A DNA stretch of 64,000 nucleotides, from the NCBI GenBank assembly GCA_964291405.2, contig OZ219926.1, forward strand, positions 3,360,001 through 3,424,000. The letters are read 5' to 3'. This document shows, piece by piece, positions 9,667-17,499 of the stretch (positions are counted from its first letter, which is position 1; every line of letters starts with the position of its first letter). Origin of the DNA: Thermodesulfobacteriota bacterium (GTDB lineage Bacteria; Desulfobacterota; Binatia; Bin18). The translations under genes and the position numbers were made by a program. A model generated the notes under the pieces. It had not been told where the DNA came from and searched no databases. It saw only the letters and a program-made list of their open reading frames with translations.

Positions 9667-11103
9667 ATGCTGGATCTCATCATTAGCGGGGGAACTGTTG
9701 TGACGCCCCACACCACGGCGGAACTGGATGTAGGCATTGCCGGGGAGCATATCGTTGCCGTGGGCCAACCGGGAACTCTGAATGCCTCTGCCGGACGGGT
9801 GATCGATGCAACGGGAAAAATCGTCCTGCCGGGCGGGATTGAGCCGCATGCCCATATTGGCATTCCCGTCCCGCCGGACTGGACCGGCCAGCCGGACGTG
9901 ATGACCCAGCCTCCCGAGGCGGCCAGTCGGGCGGCCGCGTTCGGTGGGGTGACGACCATTATCGATTTTGCCGGCGACCTGTCCCGCAAGGCGCTCCGCG
10001 GAGAACGGCGCCGCCCGCTGCTTGAGGTGCTTGAGCGCCGGCGGGCTGTCTTTCGCGACCACTGCTACACGGACTTCGCCTTTCACTACATGCTTGCCGG
10101 GGAATGCGGACACCAGGCCGCGGGCCAGATTGCCGAGGCACTACAAGAGGGCGTAGGCAGCTTCAAGATTTTTACCACCACGGAGGTGCGCATCCCGTAC
10201 GGACATCTGTGGGAGATTTTTGCCGAAGTGGCCAAACACGGCGGTATGATGGCCGTTCACGCGGAAGAGGACGAGATTGTGAATTATATGCTTGAGAAGC
10301 TTAAGCGTGAAGGCCGCGACCAAGCCTATAATATGCACCTCGTCCACAACAATCTGTCCGAAGACTTGGCCTTTCGGACGATCATTCGTCTGGCCGAGCA
10401 CACCGGCACCGGGGTGTATTTCGTCCATACCACGGCCAAAGAAGGCGTGCGTGCCATTGCCGAAGCGCGCCAGTCCGGACAGCCCGTATACGGCGAGGCC
10501 CTGCATCACTATCTGCACTTCACCTGTGAAGATTATAAGAAGCCGGACGGCATGGCGATTCATACCTATCCGGCGCTGAAATTCGCCGACGACCGAGAGG
10601 CTCTGGTGGACGGGTTACTCGACGGACGCCTGTGCACCACGGCCACGGACGAGTATACGACCTATAAAGGCCCCAAACTGTTCAGCGATCGTATCGAATC
10701 CATCTGCGGTGGGCATAACGGCATCGAGACGCGTATTCCGGTGGCGTTCACGAAATGTGTGGTCGAACGGGATATGCCGCTCCAGCGCTTTGCCGACATC
10801 ATCGCTACCAACGCAGCCAAGATTCTGGGTCTGTATCCGCAAAAGGGTGCCATTCAGCCGGGCAGTGATGCGGATATTGTCCTGCTCGACCCTCAGTTGA
10901 TCAAAACGCTGGAGGTAGAGGACCTACACGCCGACTCCGACTACAGCATTTGGGAAGGATTTACCTGCCAGGGTTATCCGGTGATGACGCTCTTGCGTGG
11001 GAAGGTGATTGTCGAAGACGGCAAGCTCGTCGGCCACTCGACGGGCGGGCGCTGGCTGAAGCGCAAGATCGGGGGGGATGTTTTGGTTCGGCCCGCTCTT
11101 TGA
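9667..11103 (+). CDS. Dihydropyrimidinase/D-hydantoinase-like cyclic amidohydrolase
   Basis: PGGIEPHAH, GGVTTIIDF, SFKIF, VHAE, ATD, YPQKGAIQPGSDADIV. Confidence 0.88.
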   Translation: MLDLIISGGTVVTPHTTAELDVGIAGEHIVAVGQPGTLNASAGRVIDATGKIVLPGGIEPHAHIGIPVPPDWTGQPDVMTQPPEAASRAAAFGGVTTIIDFAGDLSRKALRGERRRPLLEVLERRRAVFRDHCYTDFAFHYMLAGECGHQAAGQIAEALQEGVGSFKIFTTTEVRIPYGHLWEIFAEVAKHGGMMAVHAEEDEIVNYMLEKLKREGRDQAYNMHLVHNNLSEDLAFRTIIRLAEHTGTGVYFVHTTAKEGVRAIAEARQSGQPVYGEALHHYLHFTCEDYKKPDGMAIHTYPALKFADDREALVDGLLDGRLCTTATDEYTTYKGPKLFSDRIESICGGHNGIETRIPVAFTKCVVERDMPLQRFADIIATNAAKILGLYPQKGAIQPGSDADIVLLDPQLIKTLEVEDLHADSDYSIWEGFTCQGYPVMTLLRGKVIVEDGKLVGHSTGGRWLKRKIGGDVLVRPAL

Positions 11104-11126
11104 TGCTATTGTCCGTCTAACAGGCC

Positions 11127-11184
11127 ATGACTACGTGGGACCCACAACAATATCAGCGCTTTCAAAAGGAACGCGCCCAGCCGT
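11127..11184 (+). repeat. Direct-repeat copy of the first 58 nt of tam (orphan 5' fragment; reads MTTWDPQQYQRFQKERAQPSVHA* to 11198)
   Basis: 54/58 nt identical to 12839-12896, no indels. Confidence 0.93.
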
Positions 11185-11390
11185 CGGTCCATGCCTGACT
11201 TTTTGCGGCACCAGCATGTCCTATTATACAGGTGCATCTGAAATATTTGAGGCTTCTCGCACGAGGTCAATTCGTGAGAGTTTGTCTGAAGGAGGAAATC
11301 CTTAACTGGAAAAATAGAGCAATATCGGGTATATACTCCAGAGCTTCTTGCGCGGTTTCACCGAAGCGAGGCTGGCTGCTCTGGGGATAC

Positions 11391-11933
11391 GTGTTGGTAA
11401 AAATAAAAGAATTTTCTGCGGCATTGTATGTACCAGTATTGTTGTCATTGGCCGTGCTTTCGCATCATCTCATTCGAACCTCCCGCTACGATCTTTCGAC
11501 GTGGAAGGGAGGCGGGATGGGGATGTTTTCGACCCAGGATGATCACGACACACGCTTTGTATCGATTTGGCTGGAGACCGAAGCGGGTGAGTTTGTCGCC
11601 GCAAGGAGGAATATCGGGAAGCCCCTAGACCGCTATGTGGCCGAACCCACCGCCTCCAATTTGCAGGCCCTCTGCCGGCATCTCGGCGAGGTCGTCTGGA
11701 TTGACGCAAGACAGAGCAAAACCCCTATTCACACCACCGAAAGCGCCAAGCCGGTTCCAGTGGCTATGGTTCAACGTGTGGCATCCGCCGCAGGTGAGCC
11801 CCTCATTACTCGTCGTATTCGCGTGATTGGTTTTAAGCTCGTTGTGGACGTAGCCAGCGGAGAGCTGCACCACCAAACTCTTGGAACCCTCAGTTGCGAA
11901 GCGAACGCAGCGAGCGGTGATGGACGCGGTTGA
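11391..11933 (+). CDS. Hypothetical membrane-anchored protein, possible SdpA-like partner of the downstream HTTM protein
   Basis: One N-terminal hydrophobic helix followed by YDLSTWKGGGMGMFST; GTG start at 11391 preferred; 14-bp overlap with the next gene. Confidence 0.6.
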   Translation: MLVKIKEFSAALYVPVLLSLAVLSHHLIRTSRYDLSTWKGGGMGMFSTQDDHDTRFVSIWLETEAGEFVAARRNIGKPLDRYVAEPTASNLQALCRHLGEVVWIDARQSKTPIHTTESAKPVPVAMVQRVASAAGEPLITRRIRVIGFKLVVDVASGELHHQTLGTLSCEANAASGDGRG

Positions 11934-12816
11934 TCGTCTTCGCAGCCACCCTGTGGTGGGACAATTGGCCGGCGCGACACCGCGCGATTCTTTTACTGTC
12001 ATCACTTCTCTCACCCTTGGTATTCTTGTCTTTCGCGGCTACCGTCACGACTATTTTGAAATTCCCTTTCAGTTGCTCTTTGTCGCATTCTTGCTTGTTC
12101 CCAGGCTCCGCACCCAGGCCCTCTTCTGGTTTTTGATTGCCTGTTTCAGTGGCGCGGCCTTGTGGCTCGACTGGCGGTCTGCCGACAACCACAAATACCT
12201 GCTGTTCTACTGGCTCGTGACCGTCTTTCTTGTCTGCAAACAGGGCGAACAGGAGCGACCTCTTATGGTCAAAAAGGTCGCCCGCTATCTGCTGTGCTTC
12301 ACCATGACGCTTGCCGTGGCGCAAAAATCTCTCTCACCTGACTATTTGAGTGGTGATTTTTTTCAATTTGTCCTTATGACAGATGAACGCTTTAGCGCCA
12401 TGGCTGCTCTATTCTGTGGCATTGCTCCCGAGGTTCTTGAAGCAAATCGGGTACTGTACCGCCAAGCCTCGGACCCGGTGAACCTGAACGCCACCTTTCC
12501 ACTCCTTTTCAGGAATGAAAAACTGGTATTGCTTGCCGGCGTCATGACGTGGCTCAACTACCTGATCGAGACCGCCATTGCTGTGCTTGTTCTGCTTCCG
12601 CTGTCAGTCCGTTGGTCAATCACCATGCATCTGCTGTTAATCGGCTTTATCACTGCCGTCTATGCTGTGGCTCCGGTCCTTGGCTTCGGCTGGCTGCTGA
12701 TTATTTGGGGCTATTGTCTCGCGCCCAACGAACTTGTCGCACTCCGCCTCAGTTATATTGCCTTATTTTTGCTTCTGTGTGTGTATGAAGCCCCGTGGTT
12801 GAGCTTGTTGGTGTGA
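11920..12816 (+). CDS. Polytopic membrane protein, HTTM / vitamin K-dependent gamma-carboxylase-like (SdpB-like)
   Basis: Many TM segments; ADNHKYLL and AVAQKSLSPDYLSG resemble the NH-x-YL and K...D[WY]..G motifs of the HTTM/VKGC family. Confidence 0.6.
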   Translation: MDAVDRLRSHPVVGQLAGATPRDSFTVITSLTLGILVFRGYRHDYFEIPFQLLFVAFLLVPRLRTQALFWFLIACFSGAALWLDWRSADNHKYLLFYWLVTVFLVCKQGEQERPLMVKKVARYLLCFTMTLAVAQKSLSPDYLSGDFFQFVLMTDERFSAMAALFCGIAPEVLEANRVLYRQASDPVNLNATFPLLFRNEKLVLLAGVMTWLNYLIETAIAVLVLLPLSVRWSITMHLLLIGFITAVYAVAPVLGFGWLLIIWGYCLAPNELVALRLSYIALFLLLCVYEAPWLSLLV

Positions 12817-12838
12817 AACTCTCTCATTCAGTGTTTTT

Positions 12839-13630
12839 ATGGCTATGTGGGACCCGCAACAATATCAGCGCTTTCAAAAGGAGCGCGCCCAGCCGTTCTT
12901 TGATTTAGTGAATCGTCTGCCGGATGGCGAGGTAAAAACGGCTGCCGATTTGGGCTGCGGACCGGGCGCGCTCACGGCGACTCTGACCGAACGCTGGCCC
13001 CATGCAACCGTGTGGGGGGTGGATAACTCGCCCCAGATGTTGGCCAAGGCCAGGGCGCTGCCGGCTCAGCCCCGGCTGCATTTTGTGGAAGCGGATATTG
13101 CCGAGTGGTCCCCGCCTCAACGGCTGGACCGCATCATCTCGAACGCGGCTCTGCACTGGGTGCCCGAGCATCAGACCGTTTTACAGCGCCTGGTCGGCCT
13201 GCTAACTCCACGCGGCGTGCTGGCGGTACAGGTGCCGAACAATCATGCGGAGGCCGCCCACCGGATTCTGCGTGAGTCAACGCAGCAAGAGCCGTGGAGG
13301 TCGCCGCTGGCCGGCTCGGAGGAGCGCTTTACGATACAGACCCCCCGCTGGTATGCCCAAACGCTCCACAGCCTCGGGTGTACAGTCCAGGTATGGGAGA
13401 CGATTTATTACCAGCTCTTGTCCGGTGAGAATGCGGTCCTGGAATGGATGAAAGGTACGGCCCTACGACCGACGCTTGAGCGCCTGGGTCAACGCCTCGG
13501 TCAGGATGGGCAGACCGCATTTCTGGATATGTACGGTCAGAAGCTCGCCCAGGCCTATCCGGTCGGTCCGAACGGGACGCTGTTTCCTTTTCGCCGCCTG
13601 TTCTTTATTGCGCAGCACGATGAGCCCTGA
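12839..13630 (+). CDS. tam: Trans-aconitate 2-methyltransferase
   Basis: WDPQQYQRF..ER.QPF, DLGCGPG, SNAALHWVPEH, LAVQVPNN, W.KGTALRP, LFPFRRLF. Confidence 0.9.
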   Translation: MAMWDPQQYQRFQKERAQPFFDLVNRLPDGEVKTAADLGCGPGALTATLTERWPHATVWGVDNSPQMLAKARALPAQPRLHFVEADIAEWSPPQRLDRIISNAALHWVPEHQTVLQRLVGLLTPRGVLAVQVPNNHAEAAHRILRESTQQEPWRSPLAGSEERFTIQTPRWYAQTLHSLGCTVQVWETIYYQLLSGENAVLEWMKGTALRPTLERLGQRLGQDGQTAFLDMYGQKLAQAYPVGPNGTLFPFRRLFFIAQHDEP

Positions 13631-13724
13631 TAACACTCCGGGCCATCTTGCCACTCACGGAGTCGGCTGAGTCTAAAAGCCAATCGAGAGGGCAATCCAC
13701 CACCAGCGGTGTTGAGAGATTGTT

Positions 13725-14954
13725 GTGTCAAACAGCACGCACAAACGCGCGATCTTCATTCTGGCCGGGGCGGTGTTTGCCACCATGCTGGGAAACGGTA
13801 TGGTGATGCCCTTCATTCCCGTGTATGTCGCGCAATTCGGCTTGGGCGGCCTGGGAGCAGGCTTGCTGTTCAGCGTCCATGCCGCCACCCGGACCGTGTT
13901 GTTGCCGTTCATCGGACGCGCGTCCGACCGCTGGGGCAGGCGTGGCTTTCTGCTGGTCGGGGTGCTGTTCTACGCCTTGGCCTCCCTGGCCTATCCCCTG
14001 GCCGACCGGGTCGCGGCCTTTGTCGGCATTATGGCGGTCCACGGCACGGGCATGGCCATCGTTCATCTGGTTTCCATGGCCTATGTCGGCGACTTGGCAC
14101 CCCGGGGTGAGGAGGGCCGCTACAGCGGCTATATGAATACCGCCCTCCTGGGTGGAATTGCCAGCGGACCTGTTTTGGGAGGAGTCATCCGCGACCTCTC
14201 TTCCATGTCGGTCAATTTTCTGGTGATGAGCATCCTGAGCGGGGTATCCCTTTTCTTGCTGGCGGTCCTGCTGCCTCCCGTCGAGTCCATCCGGACCGGA
14301 CCGAAAAACCCCAAGCCAGCTTCTACCACGCCCTGGCAATTACTCTCCTGTCGTCCGGTCGTCGGGGTGGCGAGTTTTCGTCTCGCCTATGCCTGCACGA
14401 ATGCCTTGATCTGGATATTCCTGCCGGTCCTGGCCGCCCAGCTATGGACCTTGTCCACGACGCAGATCGGGGTGCTAATCTCCGTCAACGTGATGGTCAG
14501 CACCGTACTGCAAGCCCCCTGCGGCCGGCTGGCCGACCGGAAGCGAAAGGCCGTGCTGATTGCCCTGGGTGGAGTCGGCAGCGCGCTGGCCCTGGCCGCC
14601 GTTCCGTTTGCGACCGCGTTCTGGCAGGTGCTGGCCCTCAATATCTGTATAGGTGCCTGCTATGGTTTGGCCTTCCCGGCCCATACCGCGGTCGGCATGG
14701 AGAACGCCGGCCCGTACGGCATGGCCACCGTCATGAGCCTGCTGATGATGGCGCACGGTGCCGGCATGATGGTCGGGCCGCTGCTATTCGGCGCCATTGC
14801 GGATCAGCTGAGTCTGGCCTGGGCGTTCTGGGCCGGGGGGCTGATCAACCTCGGCCTGGTCATCGCATGTTGGCTGTTGCTGGTCGGAGCGCCGACCAAG
14901 CTGGAAGTCGAACCACTCCGGCCCGTGAACACCGACCCCGTTGAGGCGGAGTGA
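13725..14954 (+). CDS. MFS transporter
   Basis: About 12 hydrophobic segments; motif A GRASDRWGRR and GRLADRKRK. Confidence 0.92.
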   Translation: MSNSTHKRAIFILAGAVFATMLGNGMVMPFIPVYVAQFGLGGLGAGLLFSVHAATRTVLLPFIGRASDRWGRRGFLLVGVLFYALASLAYPLADRVAAFVGIMAVHGTGMAIVHLVSMAYVGDLAPRGEEGRYSGYMNTALLGGIASGPVLGGVIRDLSSMSVNFLVMSILSGVSLFLLAVLLPPVESIRTGPKNPKPASTTPWQLLSCRPVVGVASFRLAYACTNALIWIFLPVLAAQLWTLSTTQIGVLISVNVMVSTVLQAPCGRLADRKRKAVLIALGGVGSALALAAVPFATAFWQVLALNICIGACYGLAFPAHTAVGMENAGPYGMATVMSLLMMAHGAGMMVGPLLFGAIADQLSLAWAFWAGGLINLGLVIACWLLLVGAPTKLEVEPLRPVNTDPVEAE

Positions 14955-14989
14955 AGGCTTTCCAGAGGCGTCCTGCGTGGGATTAGAGG

Positions 14990-15372
14990 TTATGGGCACA
15001 GATCGTTGCGAAGAAGGCGTTTATGGGCACTGGTCTGATAAATTTTGCCTCTGACGATTGTCTTGAAGTCGGAGTGCAGATTTTCGTCGTTTGAGACCAG
15101 CAACTTCACTCCAGAAACCTGAGCCAAAGCGATAATATCCGGGTCGTCCGTCTGTTTCCTGCTCAACGGCAGGAAAGGTCCTGAGTTTTCCGGCCCTGCT
15201 GTATTGCTCAAACCGGCTTCTCACATTTGGAGACTTCTCTAATTCGATCTTCATCTTGCCCTGGTGAATAGGCAATCTTACCGCTCTTGTCGTCCACCCA
15301 CTTCCTTACGGGTTTCATGTCTTCATTATTTGGATCAAGAAAGAGGCTATTCGTGTCCAGGATTAAGCACAT
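14990..15372 (-). pseudogene. Frameshifted PIN-like nuclease gene
   Basis: Three frames join to MCLILDTN...KIAYSP/GKMKIELEK...VEQE/DDPDIIALAQVSGVKLLVSNDENLHSDFK...; AAGGA RBS upstream. Confidence 0.7.
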
Positions 15373-15381
15373 GGTTTATCC

Positions 15382-15893
15382 TTAACCAAAACCAAGCAAT
15401 TTGTCGGATTCTCTAAGAAAGAATTCCCTATAGCTGCCCGGCGCACCCAGCAGGTTCGCTTGCTCGTCAAATTGGATATTGTGAACTTTGACACTATTAC
15501 CCGTCGGCTCCAGATAAAGGAGCGAAACATCTTCTGGCGAGATTCTTTTCTTCATGATCTCAATACGAGCACGGCCATGTGGTCGCTGTGTGTTTCATGA
15601 TGCTTCATCTGTCTGGCGAGATGATAGAGATGACAACTTGGATGCAGGTGCTGGCTGGCATTAAAAACGTTACTCTCGGAGGTGCGTTGAACACGCGTAC
15701 CTCACGCCGTAACCTACATCTATCATATTGGCTTTGGTCCTTTGACTTTGATTTGCAGGAAAGGGGTCACCCATCGATCTTCCGAGTCTCCTAACATCGA
15801 TGTCTGCGAATAATCCTGAAGCTACGCCGAATTTGACCAATCTCCCTTTGAGGCCTTTTCGTTTGCTCTAAACATATTCATAAGGACCATTGG
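15382..15893 (-). pseudogene. Degraded C-terminal half of an ABC/AAA-type ATPase (AAA_21/DUF3696-like)
   Basis: Fragments across frames: PMVLMNMF, LVKFGVASGLFADIDVRRLG, ANMIDVGYGV (ABC signature region), FLM.QP..HLHP, ETHSDHM, RARIEI...GAPGSYREFFLRESDKLLGFG*. Confidence 0.72.
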
Positions 15894-16045
15894 GCTGATC
15901 AACCTCGGCCTGATCATAATCGCCTGAAACTATGCGCTATTGCTGGTAGGAGCTGATAAATTCTTTCGTCCTTCGACGCGAGATGGAAGGGCGAACCGCT
16001 CCGCAGCCTGTTCTGAAAAATTGATACCGATCTGCTGTTGAGGCG
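15892..16045 (+). repeat. Degenerate copy of the MFS gene 3' end (14838-14948)
   Basis: 21-bp exact match gggctgatcaacctcggcctg, then collinear blocks ct[g/a]ttgctggt[c/a]ggagc, tggaag..cgaacc.ctccg, accga, gttgaggcg separated by small insertions. Confidence 0.75.
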
Positions 16046-16252
16046 ACCTCGCTACTAGTCGCCTTCTGTGCCTGAACAATGGGTTCAGACCTTTTTCTTT
16101 TTCTGTCAGCGCTTAACCTTTTCCTTCCGTTTCCGGGCTGTCCCCCAATGTGATAATACGGCTCGACGGGGGACACTCGTAAAACGATGGGAGAATTCTT
16201 GCCTGTGCCTCGCCGCCTGCGGTTCATAGGATGGTCTGGGACCGGACTCGGA

Positions 16253-17350
16253 CTAAAAGAACTTGATGACGCTGCGGGCCACGCCACTGCCCTCTTTCAG
16301 CAGATCGTAGGCTTCGTTGACCTGTTCGAGCTGGAAGGTCTTGGAGACCAATTCGTCGATCTTGATCTTTTTATCCATATACATATCGAGCAGGCGGGGC
16401 ATATCGACGCGGGGACGGGTCGAGCCGTAGTACGAGCCCTGAATCCGCTTTTCCATTAAACAGAAAATGTTCGGGTTGAGCGAGATGCGCGAACCGTCGG
16501 GCGACACGCCGACCACCGTACACACGCCCCCGCGGCCCGTCATCTTGAACGCCAGCTCGATCGTCTTGGGCGTGCTGATGACCTCGAAGGCATAGTCGGC
16601 CCCGCGTCCGCCGGTCAGCTCCATAACCGCCTTGAAAGCGTCGTCCTGGCCGGGGTTGATGGTATGGGTCGCGCCAAAGGTCTTGGCAAACTCCAGTTTC
16701 GAGTCGAGCAGATCGACCGCAATAACCTGCCGCGCCCCTGCCAGGGCACAGCCCTGAATGACGTTGAGGCCCACCCCGCCACAGCCGACGACCACGGTCG
16801 ATGAGCCGGGCTGGACGTTGGCGGTGTTGACGGCCGCCCCCACCCCGGTCATGGTTCCGCAGCCCACAAAGCAGGCCCGGTCGAGCGGAATATCTTCCCG
16901 GATTTTGATGGCGCAGCTCTCATGGACAACGGCCTCTTCCGCGAACGAGGCCGTGTACGCGAAGTGGAAAACCTCCTCATTGTTCTTGCGCAGGCGCGTT
17001 GTCCCGTCCAGGAGCGTGCCGAGGGCTCTGGGCCGGGTTTCACACAGATGCGGTTGTCCTTGGGTACAATAGTGGCAGGTGCCACAGACCGGATTGAAAG
17101 ACAACACGACATGGTCGCCCTCTTTGACCGAGGTCACGCCGGCGCCAACCTCGGCCACCACCCCGGCGCCCTCATGACCCAGCACCATGGGCAGCGGCAT
17201 CCGCATATCGCCGGTCATGACGTGCAGATCACTATGGCAGGCACCGTTGGCCGCTACCTTGACCTTGACCTCCCCGGTTTTTGGCGGGTCGATGTGTAAA
17301 TCTTCAATCACGAGTGGTTTGTTCGGCTCATATAACACAGCAGCTTTCAT
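16253..17350 (-). CDS. Zn-dependent alcohol dehydrogenase (class III-like MDR)
   Basis: CHSD, GHEGAG, CGTCHYC..G...LC structural Zn site, GCGGVG. Confidence 0.93.
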   Translation of the reverse strand: MKAAVLYEPNKPLVIEDLHIDPPKTGEVKVKVAANGACHSDLHVMTGDMRMPLPMVLGHEGAGVVAEVGAGVTSVKEGDHVVLSFNPVCGTCHYCTQGQPHLCETRPRALGTLLDGTTRLRKNNEEVFHFAYTASFAEEAVVHESCAIKIREDIPLDRACFVGCGTMTGVGAAVNTANVQPGSSTVVVGCGGVGLNVIQGCALAGARQVIAVDLLDSKLEFAKTFGATHTINPGQDDAFKAVMELTGGRGADYAFEVISTPKTIELAFKMTGRGGVCTVVGVSPDGSRISLNPNIFCLMEKRIQGSYYGSTRPRVDMPRLLDMYMDKKIKIDELVSKTFQLEQVNEAYDLLKEGSGVARSVIKFF

Positions 17351-17499
17351 GGACCTTCCCTCCTATTGATACAAAATGCCCTGTAGGAGATTGGAATGAT
17401 AAACGGCTCGGGGAGCGCTGTCCAGGAAGCCTCACTCGGTTCGATGACCTCAAGGGCAAATTAAGAAGGTGTGTGGGCCTTCCATTCTTCTGAGAAAAA

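Noticed and set aside
11127-11198. 23-aa ORF as a RiPP precursor for the HTTM pair
   Set aside because: It is explained as the duplicated tam N-terminus plus a few junction codons.
17351-17499. Riboswitch (cobalamin/TPP) upstream of the TonB receptors
   Set aside because: No B12-box or TPP consensus visible.
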